This document shows positions 32,271-43,483 of a stretch of 64,000 bases of DNA, piece after piece. Every line of letters begins with the position of its first letter. Position 1 is the stretch's first letter. Source of the DNA: Cyanophyceae cyanobacterium. GTDB lineage: Bacteria; Cyanobacteriota; Cyanobacteriia; Cyanobacteriales; Laspinemataceae. A program made the position numbers and the translations under genes. The stretch lies in assembly GCA_038321985.1 (NCBI GenBank), contig JBBQFN010000007.1, positions 1 to 64,000 on the forward strand, written 5' to 3'. The notes beneath the pieces are model-generated. The model did no database searches. It saw nothing but the letters and a program-made list of their open reading frames with translations, and was not told the DNA's origin.

Positions 32271-33044
32271 TTAGCTTCGTCGATGAACCAGCGTAGCATT
32301 CGCCTGATCCACGGGTACCATCAACACCTCGCTAATATTCACGTGGGGGGGTCGAGTCACGCAAAACAGCACTAAATCGGCAATATCTTCCCCGGTTAGG
32401 GGGGTTAAATCTTGATACACCTTTTCCGCGCGATCGCGATCGCCATGAAAGCGCACAATACTAAATTCCGTTTCCACTAAACCGGGTTCGATTTCAGTCA
32501 CCCGGAGTGGAGTGCCGATTAAATCTTGCTTCAAACCGTCCGAAATTGCCCGTACAGCAGCTTTTGAGGCACAGTAAACGTTCCCCCCTGGATAAGCTGC
32601 TCGACCGGCGATCGAGCCAATATTCACCACATGACCTCCTTGGCGCTGCACCATTCCCGGCACTACCGCACGAGTCATATAAAGCAACCCCTTCACATTG
32701 GTATCGAGCATTTCCTCCCAATCATCGATATTGCCTTCATGGAGTTTAGATAATCCGCGACTGAGACCGGCATTATTGATTAAAATATCAATGTTATTCC
32801 AAGGGTCTGGAAGACTGGATAAGGTTACGTCAACGGCTTGGCGATCGCACACATCCAAGGCTAATACATGACTCGGAGTCTGATACTGTTCTTTAAGCTG
32901 ATTCGCTAATTCCTGCACCCGTTCCAAACGCCGCGCTGCCAAAATTAAATGAGCACCCGCCTGTGCAAAGAGTTGGGCGCAAGAGGCCCCAATCCCACTA
33001 CTCGCCCCCGTAATCAAAACAATTTTATCTTTAAGTGAAACCAT
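32271..33044 (-). CDS. SDR oxidoreductase (YdfG-like)
   Basis: TGASSGIG, NNAG, YCASK. Confidence 0.92.
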   Translation of the reverse strand: MVSLKDKIVLITGASSGIGASCAQLFAQAGAHLILAARRLERVQELANQLKEQYQTPSHVLALDVCDRQAVDVTLSSLPDPWNNIDILINNAGLSRGLSKLHEGNIDDWEEMLDTNVKGLLYMTRAVVPGMVQRQGGHVVNIGSIAGRAAYPGGNVYCASKAAVRAISDGLKQDLIGTPLRVTEIEPGLVETEFSIVRFHGDRDRAEKVYQDLTPLTGEDIADLVLFCVTRPPHVNISEVLMVPVDQANATLVHRRS

Positions 33045-33137
33045 AATTACTGCTATAGCGCGTCTAAATCATTTTGACATAGAGATAGCAAGCATCTTGC
33101 TCCCTATCTCTATTAGGCTTCGGATCCATTGTCAAAC

Positions 33138-33773
33138 TCATTTAGGGTCGTTATATAAACTGTTATCAACTGCCTGTTTAAAGGTATCAGAGAAATGGCG
33201 AGGGGGTACACCTACCATTAAAGCGGAATCATTTCTGAGGTGAATTTCTACATCTCGCCGGCGAGAGCAAAATGTACTGGCTTCCTCTAACAATCGAGGG
33301 GTAAGAAAATGCACCCGTTGATTGGAAGAACCGCGCCAGCCTTGATTATCGTTGAGTTCGGCGATATAAAGACCATCAATTAACACATCAATCTGTGACA
33401 GTACCCGGGCGATCGCCGGATCAGACTTCCCTTGTAACTGTTCGAGGGTAAACCCGGTATAGCAGATAATTGAACAATCCACTTCTGCAAACAGTTCACT
33501 GAGTGCCTGTGCCTGTAACATCGGTTCTCCCCCAGAAACGGTTAACCCTTCTATCCCGGGAACCGATAAAATCTTTTCCGCCAACAGTCGCGGTTCTACC
33601 CAAGTCCCTGACACCTGGGGAATCCAGTCGGGAGAGATACAACCGGGACAGTTAAAGCAACAGCCTTGTACCCAAAGTACAAATCGTTGACCCGGGCCCA
33701 GGGTGCGCGTAGCAGGACAAAGTTCTGCCAGGTTAAGTAACGTCATGGTTTCGGGGTTGGGGGTATCGTCCAT
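33138..33773 (-). CDS. NrdG-like 4Fe-4S radical SAM protein
   Basis: WVQGCCFNCPGC, SGGEP, LIDG.Y, RGSSNQ. Confidence 0.85.
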   Translation of the reverse strand: MDDTPNPETMTLLNLAELCPATRTLGPGQRFVLWVQGCCFNCPGCISPDWIPQVSGTWVEPRLLAEKILSVPGIEGLTVSGGEPMLQAQALSELFAEVDCSIICYTGFTLEQLQGKSDPAIARVLSQIDVLIDGLYIAELNDNQGWRGSSNQRVHFLTPRLLEEASTFCSRRRDVEIHLRNDSALMVGVPPRHFSDTFKQAVDNSLYNDPK

Positions 33774-33829
33774 TGTCAAGGGAAACCAATTCCCGTATTT
33801 TTGTCATGGAACTCAAAGGGAACAAAATC

Positions 33830-34471
33830 ATGGCAATTTATTTAGATTCAGCGATCGCAGCAGAAGCAGAAGTGGCCCAAAAGATGGGCTGGGTCAAAGG
33901 AATCACCACCAATCCTACCTTATTAGCAACCAGCGGATTATCTCCAGAAGCCACCTTGAAAAAATTGGTCACACTCACATCGGGGCCGCTATTTTACCAG
34001 CTTATGGCGTCCGATTTTCAGGGAATGGTCACCGAAGCCCAGCAAGCGCGGGACATTATCGGCGATCGCACCATTTTGAAAGTTCCAGCTACTCCAATTG
34101 GGTTTGAAGTCGTCGCGCATCTATCCCCAGACATACCTTGTTCCGTCACCGCCATTTATAGTGCCGCACAAGCCGCAGTGGCAAAAGAAGCCGGGGCAAA
34201 AATGGCGATCGCCTACGTCAACCGTGCCACCCGATTATTAGGGGATGGGATAGCCTTAGTGCGATCGATGGCGGATATTTTACAAGGCAGCGAGGTAGAA
34301 ATTCTCGCGGCTAGTATTAAATCCCCAGAAGAAGCCGCCGCTTCCTTACAAGCCGGGGCGCATCATTTAACTTTACCCCTCGCCATGTTGAGAGCGATTT
34401 CCTCCCATGAACTCTCGCAACAAACCGTAGAAGAATTCAATAAAAAAGGGATGGGTTTAAGTTTGTCATAA
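33830..34471 (+). CDS. Transaldolase/fructose-6-phosphate aldolase family protein
   Basis: YLDSA, GITTNPTL, LKVPAT, YVNR, ILAASIK. Confidence 0.88.
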   Translation: MAIYLDSAIAAEAEVAQKMGWVKGITTNPTLLATSGLSPEATLKKLVTLTSGPLFYQLMASDFQGMVTEAQQARDIIGDRTILKVPATPIGFEVVAHLSPDIPCSVTAIYSAAQAAVAKEAGAKMAIAYVNRATRLLGDGIALVRSMADILQGSEVEILAASIKSPEEAAASLQAGAHHLTLPLAMLRAISSHELSQQTVEEFNKKGMGLSLS

Positions 34472-34633
34472 CCTAAGTCAACATCCGATTATAATATTAG
34501 GACTGTGAGCGAGATGCTGAGTTTAAAATTAGCGAGCCTAATGGCGGTTTTAAAATTAGCGATCGAGATGCTCGCACTCCTTTTTTAATATCCGGGATAT
34601 CCGCAATCAAAAAGGAAGAGGGCCCCAACTGCT

Positions 34634-35026
34634 CATGACCCATTTGCTAAACAATATTTAGAGGAGTTATTAGCCTATCTCGGACAAGTCCCAACCCGTC
34701 GTGATGTTTCCACCCAAGTGCTACAAATCGACGTTGATTTCGTCCCTGCCGCCACCCCCTCTACTGTGCCGGAAAACCTGGGAGTTCTAGGACAAATGGC
34801 AAGCACAACCGGTTTGTTTGAAGTGTCTAAAAATCCTCCCACCCCCGTAGAGATTAGGACCTGCAAACTCAAACTCTACTCCCTGCAAGGGGACCTATTG
34901 CCACAAGAGCGACCAGAAAAGAAGTCCCTAGGTGAATCCGACTTATACGAATTCTATCAATCCTGGACCGGATTTATTTTTAAAAGGGGGGTTAAATCGT
35001 GCCGAAAAGCAGGGAGAATTGATTAA
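34634..35026 (+). pseudogene. Degenerate member of the cyanobacterial 'MTR..HDQFAK.YLEELL' family
   Basis: In-frame HDPFAKQYLEELL...QIDVDFVP with no start codon and a truncated C-terminus. Confidence 0.6.
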
Positions 35027-35092
35027 TAAGTATTAAAAAAAACCCTTACAGAAGGCTTACTGTAGGGAGCTTTTTCTTGCTAATTTTCAGTT

Positions 35093-35536
35093 TTAATAGG
35101 TTTCTTCATACACAACCTGGTCACCATTGTTGGTCACCCGAAAATAGTCCCCCACGGTGTACACAAGTTCACTTCCATCTTGATCATAGGTCGTCACCAC
35201 ATACTCTCCGTTCCTGGTTGTTGTGACGTCATAATATCTATTGCTTACATCATTACCCTGGTTATAATCCACATAGTAATAATTCCCCTCTCCATCTTCA
35301 CAAATAGAGATGATATAGTTTTCAGTCCTGTATTCATCAAGTGAAACATCCTCTGGGACGCAAAGGCTATCACTTTGCGCCATCAACATTTCTCCTGACG
35401 GGGCAAAATTAGAGTCCTCGGTAATACCAGAGGAAGGGGCCACAGCTAGCAACGGCAATCCTGGTATCAATAAACCAAAAACTGTACCCACTATAGTGGA
35501 AAACTTGCAACCTTTAACCCAAAATTTTGAGGTCAT
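35093..35536 (-). CDS. Secreted hypothetical protein
   Basis: Signal-like N-terminus, C...YRTENYIISIC motif, acidic/Tyr-rich. Confidence 0.65.
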   Translation of the reverse strand: MTSKFWVKGCKFSTIVGTVFGLLIPGLPLLAVAPSSGITEDSNFAPSGEMLMAQSDSLCVPEDVSLDEYRTENYIISICEDGEGNYYYVDYNQGNDVSNRYYDVTTTRNGEYVVTTYDQDGSELVYTVGDYFRVTNNGDQVVYEETY

Positions 35537-35883
35537 TTTGTTTTTCTTTATTTTAGTTTTAACTTTTTAATCTTATATTTGTTTTTTGGTAATGTCAAGC
35601 GCAATTTTTCGTAGGTATTTATAATTGTTTTATGAAGTTCTCGTACAGCTTTTAAAAGCGGGGAACATATTTATTAAAAATGTATCCTTTTCGTCGTACC
35701 TCTCGGATAACCCTTGCCTACTCAGTAAGCGAAACAATTAATTAATAAAAAACCCGGCAGTGACTGGAGGGAATTTACCGACGGTTTAAAGCAATATTAC
35801 GCGAAAAATAGAAAATATAGTAAAAAGACCCACTGTCTTAATCAAGCATAACTTACGCTTTCTTTGAAAAAAGAACCCCATCT

Positions 35884-35908
35884 GTAGGGGCGATTCGAGA
35901 ATCGCCCC
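35884..35908. repeat. REP-like GTAG palindrome
   Basis: GTAGGGGCGATTCGAGAATCGCCCC. Related palindromes near 24395-24419 and 30573-30597. Confidence 0.6.
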
Positions 35909-35919
35909 AAAAAGGATGA

Positions 35920-36333
35920 TTAATCCGTAACCTTCCGTCTCGCGGCTTTAATCTGTCCCCGCTTGGTTTTGCTGTCGAGACGCTTACGCTGAGAACTGCG
36001 CGTGGGTTTGCTTTTGAAGCGCTTTTTAGGCACGGCAACCGCACTTTTTATGAGCTCTTGCAAGCGCATCATGGCTTCAGTGCGGTTTTCTAACTGACTG
36101 CGAGATTCTTGTGCCTTGATAATAATCACACCCTCTTGGGTAATCCGATGATCGCTGAGAGTTAATAGGCGATTTTTGTAGCGTTCCGGGAGAGAAGATG
36201 CTTTGATATCAAAACGTAGATGAATCGCGGTTGCCACCTTATTGACATTTTGCCCCCCTGCCCCTTGAGAACGAACTGCACTAATTTGAATCTCGTTCTC
36301 CAGGATACTGACTGTGTTAGAAATTTGTAGCAT
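35920..36333 (-). CDS. arfB: Alternative ribosome rescue factor ArfB
   Basis: RSQGAGGQNVNKV and a basic C-terminal tail. Confidence 0.93.
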   Translation of the reverse strand: MLQISNTVSILENEIQISAVRSQGAGGQNVNKVATAIHLRFDIKASSLPERYKNRLLTLSDHRITQEGVIIIKAQESRSQLENRTEAMMRLQELIKSAVAVPKKRFKSKPTRSSQRKRLDSKTKRGQIKAARRKVTD

Positions 36334-36560
36334 AGTTTATGAATAAAATGAAAACTTTATCGGGTTGTGTTCCGCAAGTTGTTAGATAAATGGTAGCCGA
36401 TAACAGTTCCATTATAAATCATCAAGGAATCGGGCCGTTAACGAAAATGTTGGCTCAACCCGGAGCCTCTATCGGGAGAATTTCGACTCTTCCTGAATGC
36501 TTGTAGTAAAATGGTTAATTAATTGCAAAATTTATCAGCCAAAATAATTATCAATTAACC

Positions 36561-37544
36561 ATGACTAAACCACTTGAGGGCAGAGTTGCAGTAGTGACTG
36601 GGGCAACCCGGGGCCTCGGTAAAGGCATCGCCATTGGACTGGGTGAAGCGGGGGCGACGGTGTATATTACAGGCCGCAGTCTTGACCCCTCAGAGGGGGA
36701 AAATAGGCTGTCTGGGAGTCTCAAGGAGACAGAAGCGGCAGTTGAAGCGGCGGGAGGGTTATGTATTCCAGTTCAGGTGGACCACAGTGATGATGACCAA
36801 GTGCGATCGCTCTTTGATCGGATTAAAGCTGACTTCGGACAGATTGACTTGTTGGTTAATAATGTGTATTCCGGCGTTCAAACCTTAATGAATGCTCAGG
36901 GTACACCATTCTGGGAGAGTGAACCCAGTTTTTGGGATGCCTGTAACAATGTGGGTCTTCGGAGTCACTATGTGACCAGTGTATTAGCAGCGCGAATGAT
37001 GACCCAGCGGCAGCAGGGTCTCATCTGTACGATTTCCTCTTGGGGAGGGCTCTCTTATATTTTTGGAGTGCCTTATGGGGTGGGGAAATCTGCGTGCGAT
37101 CGCCTCGCTGCTGATATGGCGGTGGAACTCAAAAAGTATAATGTCGCTTCGCTTTCCATTTGGCCGGGGATTGTAGGAACTGAGCTAATCTCCAGTATGG
37201 CAGATCAAATGGCCTCAAGTGAGACGGACGATCGCCAATTTTCTGGATTCCGAGAACGTTACAACTGGGAAACGCCTCTACTCACGGGACGGGCGATCGC
37301 CGCTTTAGCCGCGGATCCTACAGTGATGCGGCACACGGGTCGGATGCAGATTGTGGCGGAACTAGCACAACGTTATGGACTGGTAGACGAAGATGGCACC
37401 TGTCCTGTCTCGTTGCGGTCCCTGCGCTTCCTGCTCCCCTTTGCGGTCCCTGGATTGAGACCTTACTCCGGACTGGTTCCCAATCTTAACGTGCCTTGGT
37501 CTCTACTGCTGCTGACTGCGCTGGGTTCACCTCGTCTGGGTTGA
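36561..37544 (+). CDS. SDR oxidoreductase (DHRS1-like)
   Basis: TGATRGLGKG, LVNN, YGVGK. Confidence 0.88.
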   Translation: MTKPLEGRVAVVTGATRGLGKGIAIGLGEAGATVYITGRSLDPSEGENRLSGSLKETEAAVEAAGGLCIPVQVDHSDDDQVRSLFDRIKADFGQIDLLVNNVYSGVQTLMNAQGTPFWESEPSFWDACNNVGLRSHYVTSVLAARMMTQRQQGLICTISSWGGLSYIFGVPYGVGKSACDRLAADMAVELKKYNVASLSIWPGIVGTELISSMADQMASSETDDRQFSGFRERYNWETPLLTGRAIAALAADPTVMRHTGRMQIVAELAQRYGLVDEDGTCPVSLRSLRFLLPFAVPGLRPYSGLVPNLNVPWSLLLLTALGSPRLG

Positions 37545-37558
37545 AACTAGATTTTTAC

Positions 37559-38635
37559 TCAAAAGGTGACAATGGCTTTTTGCTGCGATCGATCATGTTG
37601 TTGTTGCGCTGTAGCTAATTCCCGGTCAAGTTCGGCTAAATTATTCTGAAAAGTCTGAATTATACTAGCCATTTTTTGCTGATTTGCTGGTAATATTTGT
37701 CCTAAATCGACATTAGTTTGATAATGGGTTTTTAAATGATTCACAATTTCATCAGTCTGTTTTTGATACTGATTAAAATCGGCGATCGCCTGGGCTAATT
37801 CCGTTTCTGCTCTCCGGTAGGCTTCCTGTTGTTCTGCTAATTCGGTTAACAAGGGAGGTAAAGCTGTTCCGAGGCGCTGGCATTCGGCTTTCGTTAAAGT
37901 GATGAGTTGTTCCGTCTTTTGTTGCGTCCGGCTTTCTAGGCGATCGCGGCGCTGTTGTAGTCCTTCCAGTTCCTGAGAAACTTGGCTATGCTGACCTTTT
38001 ATGGCCTCCATTTGAGCCTCAATTTCTGATTGTTGGTGCTTTAAGTTTTCTAGCTGCTTGCGGTCTTCTTCTAAAATAATCTTTTGATTCAAAATTTCCC
38101 GGCGTAACGCTTCTAAATTCGTGGTTTCTAGTTCTTGTTCAATCCCTTGAAGTTCTGCAAAGGTTTGTTTTAACCCCTGCAATTCTTCCCTGGCTTGACG
38201 CAGTTCCCATTCGCGACTGTACAGAGTGCCGGCTGCTTGCAAAAGTTGAGCTTTTTCCGTGGTAATTTGGTAAATTTGGGCCGTGCGATCGCTGATTTTA
38301 TCGGCTAATGCCGGAGGAGTGGTCAGTAGCGGCAACCAGGAATTTAAAATGGCGAGTTGAGTTTCCAGAGTTTGACTCAAGGCGATCGCCAAAGATTCTA
38401 AAGTATCGGGATCCTCCATCGCCAGCGATCGAAGCACCTCTGGGGAAAAAATTCCTCTCCAAAGTTCCATTCCCCGTTGCACCAATTCAAACGGTAAAGC
38501 AACAGTTTCAAATTGATAGAGAGACGATAAAAAACTCGTCTCTCCCTCTTCAGAACCTAAACCTAAGTTTTGAATTTGCTCTAATAAAGTAGTGATGTTA
38601 TTGAATTGTTGTTGGAGGTTTTGCGGTGGGGTCAT
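37559..38635 (-). CDS. Coiled-coil hypothetical protein
   Basis: Q/E/L-rich heptads. Start placed at MTPPQ because the longer ORF overlaps the upstream gene. Confidence 0.65.
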   Translation of the reverse strand: MTPPQNLQQQFNNITTLLEQIQNLGLGSEEGETSFLSSLYQFETVALPFELVQRGMELWRGIFSPEVLRSLAMEDPDTLESLAIALSQTLETQLAILNSWLPLLTTPPALADKISDRTAQIYQITTEKAQLLQAAGTLYSREWELRQAREELQGLKQTFAELQGIEQELETTNLEALRREILNQKIILEEDRKQLENLKHQQSEIEAQMEAIKGQHSQVSQELEGLQQRRDRLESRTQQKTEQLITLTKAECQRLGTALPPLLTELAEQQEAYRRAETELAQAIADFNQYQKQTDEIVNHLKTHYQTNVDLGQILPANQQKMASIIQTFQNNLAELDRELATAQQQHDRSQQKAIVTF

Positions 38636-38715
38636 ATCCTGAATTAAGTAAATTCCTTTTTCCAGAATACAGAAAAACTGTGACAAGTCATTGAACTTAG
38701 GCTTTAAAAGGGAGG

Positions 38716-38979
38716 CTACCGGCGATTGGCTTCCGGGGTTGAATGTTCTACGGTGACTAGACTGGATGCTTTCGTGCGATCGAGGTTTTCTTGTTCCCAC
38801 TTGATCAGATCTTGCAGCGCTTTCCAAGAGGGGGTAAATGCTGGACTGGCTAATGAACAGGATTTCCAGGTTCCTTGGACAGGGACATTGAGTTGCTGAC
38901 AAGCCCCGCCCCGTCGTCCTTCTGGCTCGTAGTAGCAACAATTTCGACAGCAAGAAGTTAGAGAATTTAAGGGTTTCAT
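38716..38979 (-). CDS. Small Cys-rich hypothetical protein
   Basis: CRNCCYYEPEGRRGGACQQL...WKSC. Confidence 0.7.
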   Translation of the reverse strand: MKPLNSLTSCCRNCCYYEPEGRRGGACQQLNVPVQGTWKSCSLASPAFTPSWKALQDLIKWEQENLDRTKASSLVTVEHSTPEANRR

Positions 38980-39373
38980 AACAATGTTTTGTTTAAAGGT
39001 CTGCTAATAATTTAATCCTGCTTTCTTTTTAGTTACTGAATGAATTGATACCATTTTGGTTTAAAATTTATTAAAAATTGTAACGATTTTATTCAAGTAG
39101 CTGCTATCATTCAAGGTTTTAAAAAAATTAAAATGTAACCCAAGATACTAATCCAGAAATTCAGGAGGTGGGAAATCTGCTGAAGGAGTTTCCCTGATTT
39201 CCATTCCCGGACCCAGGGGTGCTAAACCTCCCGGGCCCAGGGCGATCGCTCCTTGAACGAGAGTGATTATGGTACTCTATAAACTACCCCAATTATCAGG
39301 GGCATCTGTTACATCTCTCCTCGGTTGCATCGCCGTAGGACATCCCTCAACCCCTTAACCTTGCGACTTGCGT

Positions 39374-42300
39374 ATGAAAATCCTTCATGGCACTTGGATC
39401 CCAAACGACACCAGCGAGTTCATTCGTCAGGGTCAATTTTACCTCTGGGTCGAAACTATTCCTAAACCCAGCCGCAAAAAGCCAAGTTTACGCCATCCCG
39501 CCCATTTAGAAAAAGCGGAATTGGCAGAATTTTTGCGAGCAAATTTGGGAATTCCTGAACTCTGCCAAAATGGCATCAAAAATCGGATTTCCTCTCAGTA
39601 TTTTATTCTGCCCACTACGGGTGATCAACCCTTACCTTCCGTAGAACTATTTCGTTACCTAGAAGATGAACCCCCAGAAACCTGCGAATTTTATCCCTGG
39701 GAAATTGATTGTTATCACCTCGAAGATATCGTGAAAGGCGATACTGTAAAATCGGTAACTAAAACCTTAAATTATTTACACTTTATCGCCATTAATAATC
39801 TAGCAGAGGTTCAGCTTGGCGCGGATTTAATGTTTTGGTATCAGTACAGTCAATCCTTTAAACAAGTTATTCTCAAAGACCAATACATTCCGGCTTTAAA
39901 ATATGCCACCCTAACCTCCACCACTGGAAAAGGGAAAAAAGCTCAAACCGTTCAAACCGACGAATATTACTCCAGTTGGGAAATTTTATCCCAACAATAC
40001 GAAACCGATATTCAGCAGTATAGCGAGGCGATGCCCTTGGCCTGTGTTGCGGGTTTTGCTGTAATTCCTACACCCTTAAAGTTGTACGAACGGTCCACTT
40101 TACTGCGCCATTTTTCTGAATGTTTATTAAATAATTTAATCGGCGAAACTCCCCTTCCCCAAACCGTCTCCAAACAGTTTGATGACTCTTTTATCTACAC
40201 CAGTAAAAGTAGTAAAAAAAGGTCCGATGTTTCCCGCGAAATTTACCAGCAGTGGTCCAGTTGGAAAGGCCGATTATCCGGCGCACAATTAACAGCACCA
40301 TTTTACCTCTGTTTTCAACTCCAAGAAGGAACCGCAGAAGAACCCGATTTGTGGCAAATTGCCTTTGTAGCTTCTTCTAAAAAAGACCCCTCTCTAAAAC
40401 TTCCATTAGAGGAATATTGGAGTCTGAGTAAAACTGAGAAAAAGACCTTTTACAAAAACTTTGGGGCTGACTTTGAAAAAAATCTCCTGTTAAATTTGGG
40501 TTATGCCGCCCGGATGTATCCTCTCCTGTCCAAAGGGTTAGAAACGGACCGTCCGACGAGGTTAGATTTAACCTTGTCAGAAGCTTTTGAGTTCCTTAAA
40601 GAAAGTGCCTGGATTTTAGAAGATTCCGGCTATAAAGTGATCGTTCCCGCTTGGTGGACCCCAGAAGGGCGCAGACGTGCGACCCTCCGCCTGAAAGCCT
40701 CCTCTAAAAAGAAATCAGCAGGACAAGCGAATAAAGGTCTGTTTAGTTTACAGCACATCATTCAATATAAATATGAGCTTTCTATTGCTGGACAGCCGGT
40801 TAGTGAAGCGGAATGGAATCAACTGGTTGAAGCGAAAACTCCCTTAGTCCAATTTCGCGGGGAATGGATTGAGTTAGACCCGAAAAAAATGCAGCAAATG
40901 TTGGAATTTTGGCAGTCTCATAAAGATGAACAGCCAGAAATGTCCTTGCAAGAATTTATGCAGAAAATCAGCGATGCCTCGGATGAAATCGAAGTAGAAC
41001 AGGATGAGGTATTGGCGGAGATGATGGCAAAACTGCGAGATAGTAGCCGTCTGGAACCCATTGAAAATCCGGCGCAATTACAAGGGATGTTGAGAGAGTA
41101 TCAAAAACGCGGGGTTGCCTGGGTGCAATACTTGGAACAGTTGGGACTCAATGGCTGTCTCGCTGATGATATGGGGTTGGGAAAATCATTGCAAGTGATT
41201 GCCTGTTTGGTGTTAGAAAGAGAGGGAGGGGAAAAGCCTTTGCCGACGTTATTAATTGCCCCAACTTCGGTAATTGGCAACTGGCAAAGAGAGATTGAAC
41301 GGTTTGCACCCCATATCACTTCAATGGTGCATCACGGCAGCGATCGCCTTAAAGATGAGAAGGAATTCAAAGCTGAAAGTTTAAAACATGATGTGGTAAT
41401 TACTTCGTTTACTTTGGCCCGAAAAGATGAAAAACTGTTTAAGGGAGTAAACTGGCATCGGGTTGTGGTGGATGAAGCGCAAAACATCAAAAATCCTCAA
41501 TCCGCACAAACCAAGGCGATCGCCAAACTGCCCTCCACCCATCGCCTTGCTTTAACGGGAACCCCCATTGAAAATCGGCTGTTAGATTTATGGTCAATTT
41601 TCAATTTCCTGAATCCCGGCTATTTGGGGAAAGAAGCCCAGTTTCGCAAGGGCTTTGAAATGCCGATTCAAAAAGATAATGACCCAATTAAATCAATCAC
41701 GTTAAAACGATTGGTGGAACCCTTTATCCTACGACGGGTGAAAACGGACCGTTCGATTATTAAGGATTTGCCCGATAAAGTCGAACAAAAACAATATTGC
41801 AACCTCACCAAAGAACAGGCTTCCTTATATGAAGCGGTGGTTAAAGATGTGGCAGAACAGTTAGAACAAGCTGAAGGTATTCAGCGCAAAGGGTTGATTT
41901 TATCTACCTTGATGAAACTCAAGCAAATCTGCAACCATCCCGCCCAATTTTTACAAGATAACAGTGAGTTTTTACCCTCGCGATCGCACAAATTGGAACG
42001 GCTAGTGGAGATGATAGAAGAAGTCATCGCAGAAGGAGAAAGCCTGCTAATTTTCAGCCAATTCACTGAAATTTGTGGGGCATTGGAGAAGTATCTGAAA
42101 CAAACCTTTTATTACAAAACCCATTATTTACATGGGGGAACCCCGCGTCAAAAACGGGAAAAAATGATTGCCGAATTTCAAGACCCCGAAACCGAACCCT
42201 CCATCTTCATTCTGTCTTTAAAAGCCGGTGGAGTGGGGATTACCCTGACTAAAGCGAATCATGTATTCCACTTCGATCGCTGGTGGAACCCGGCAGTCGA

Positions 42301-42526
42301 AGATCAAGCCACCGATCGCGCCTTCCGAATTGGACAAGACAAGAATGTGTTTGTCCATAAATTTATTGCGATCGGCACCCTGGAAGAACGGATTGATCGC
42401 ACCCTGGAAGATAAAAAGCGCCTCTCCTCGGCGATCGTCGGTAGCGATGAATCCTGGTTAACTGAACTGGATAACGACAGTTTCAAACAACTGATTGCCT
42501 TAAATAAACAAGCAATTTTGGAGTAA
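39374..42526 (+). CDS. SNF2-family helicase (DUF3670-type)
   Basis: LADDMGLGKS, DEAQ, LTGTPIEN, WWNPAVEDQATDRAFRIGQ. Confidence 0.95.
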   Translation: MKILHGTWIPNDTSEFIRQGQFYLWVETIPKPSRKKPSLRHPAHLEKAELAEFLRANLGIPELCQNGIKNRISSQYFILPTTGDQPLPSVELFRYLEDEPPETCEFYPWEIDCYHLEDIVKGDTVKSVTKTLNYLHFIAINNLAEVQLGADLMFWYQYSQSFKQVILKDQYIPALKYATLTSTTGKGKKAQTVQTDEYYSSWEILSQQYETDIQQYSEAMPLACVAGFAVIPTPLKLYERSTLLRHFSECLLNNLIGETPLPQTVSKQFDDSFIYTSKSSKKRSDVSREIYQQWSSWKGRLSGAQLTAPFYLCFQLQEGTAEEPDLWQIAFVASSKKDPSLKLPLEEYWSLSKTEKKTFYKNFGADFEKNLLLNLGYAARMYPLLSKGLETDRPTRLDLTLSEAFEFLKESAWILEDSGYKVIVPAWWTPEGRRRATLRLKASSKKKSAGQANKGLFSLQHIIQYKYELSIAGQPVSEAEWNQLVEAKTPLVQFRGEWIELDPKKMQQMLEFWQSHKDEQPEMSLQEFMQKISDASDEIEVEQDEVLAEMMAKLRDSSRLEPIENPAQLQGMLREYQKRGVAWVQYLEQLGLNGCLADDMGLGKSLQVIACLVLEREGGEKPLPTLLIAPTSVIGNWQREIERFAPHITSMVHHGSDRLKDEKEFKAESLKHDVVITSFTLARKDEKLFKGVNWHRVVVDEAQNIKNPQSAQTKAIAKLPSTHRLALTGTPIENRLLDLWSIFNFLNPGYLGKEAQFRKGFEMPIQKDNDPIKSITLKRLVEPFILRRVKTDRSIIKDLPDKVEQKQYCNLTKEQASLYEAVVKDVAEQLEQAEGIQRKGLILSTLMKLKQICNHPAQFLQDNSEFLPSRSHKLERLVEMIEEVIAEGESLLIFSQFTEICGALEKYLKQTFYYKTHYLHGGTPRQKREKMIAEFQDPETEPSIFILSLKAGGVGITLTKANHVFHFDRWWNPAVEDQATDRAFRIGQDKNVFVHKFIAIGTLEERIDRTLEDKKRLSSAIVGSDESWLTELDNDSFKQLIALNKQAILE

Positions 42527-42531
42527 AAATC

Positions 42532-43371
42532 ATGGCAAAATTCAGCAGAACCTGGTGGGGAAAACGCTTTATTAGCGCCTTAGAAGACTTTACCGATTCC
42601 AGCCGCTTGGGCCGGGGCAGGTCCTACGCCAATAATGGCAAAATCAAAGAGTATCGGATTATCAACAACCAAATTACCGCCAAAGTGCGGGGGTCAGTGA
42701 ATCCCTATTATGGGGTGTACAAAGAACCCCTTTATACCACTAAAATTGAAATCGCCCCGATTTCTCCGGCGCAATGGTCCAAAGCCATTAAAACCATGGC
42801 ATCCAATGCCAGTTTCGTCTCAAAACTGTTAATGAATGAAGTGCCGGATAATATTGATTCCGCCTTTGCTGACTTGAAACTGCATTTACTTCCAGACAGT
42901 CGCAAAGACTTCAAAACAACCTGTTCTTGTCCCGACTATGCCAACCCTTGTAAACATATTGCTGGAGTTTATTATTTAGTTGCGGCGCAATTAGATTCTG
43001 ACCCATTTTTACTCTTTGAACTGCGGGGACTCTCCCGGGAAGATTTGCAAACCGAACTGGCAAAAACTCCCTTAGGAGAAGCCCTTTCTGCCTCCTTGCA
43101 TGAAACAGCGATCGCCCCGCACCCCTCAGAATCCTATTACACCGAACCGGAACGAGTCCCTATCAATGCCACCGCCGATTTAAAAGAGTTTTGGATGGGT
43201 TCCAAACGACTACCACCCCCACCGCCACCCTCCCAACCGGCGATCGTTCCCGCCATTCTGATTAAAAAAGCCGGTGATTTTCCTCCCTTTTGGCAAAAGG
43301 ATACTTCTTTTCTTGAGGTGATGTCAGACTTCTACACTCGCGTCAAAACCAAAAATAAAGAAGTCTTGTAA
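42532..43371 (+). CDS. SWIM zinc-finger protein, SNF2 partner
   Basis: RLGRGRSYA, CSCPDYANPCKH. Confidence 0.92.
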   Translation: MAKFSRTWWGKRFISALEDFTDSSRLGRGRSYANNGKIKEYRIINNQITAKVRGSVNPYYGVYKEPLYTTKIEIAPISPAQWSKAIKTMASNASFVSKLLMNEVPDNIDSAFADLKLHLLPDSRKDFKTTCSCPDYANPCKHIAGVYYLVAAQLDSDPFLLFELRGLSREDLQTELAKTPLGEALSASLHETAIAPHPSESYYTEPERVPINATADLKEFWMGSKRLPPPPPPSQPAIVPAILIKKAGDFPPFWQKDTSFLEVMSDFYTRVKTKNKEVL

Positions 43372-43483
43372 GTTTAGTCTCTTCCCTTCTTCTTTGGATT
43401 GGGGAGGGGACTGAATCATGGATTGTTTCCCCGCATAAATTAGGATGACCTAAAATGTAGGATACTTTTAAACACTCGACCCC

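Noticed and set aside
38636..38953. N-terminal extension of the 464-aa ORF
   Set aside because: Overlaps the Cys-rich gene in another frame. The real start is probably 38635.
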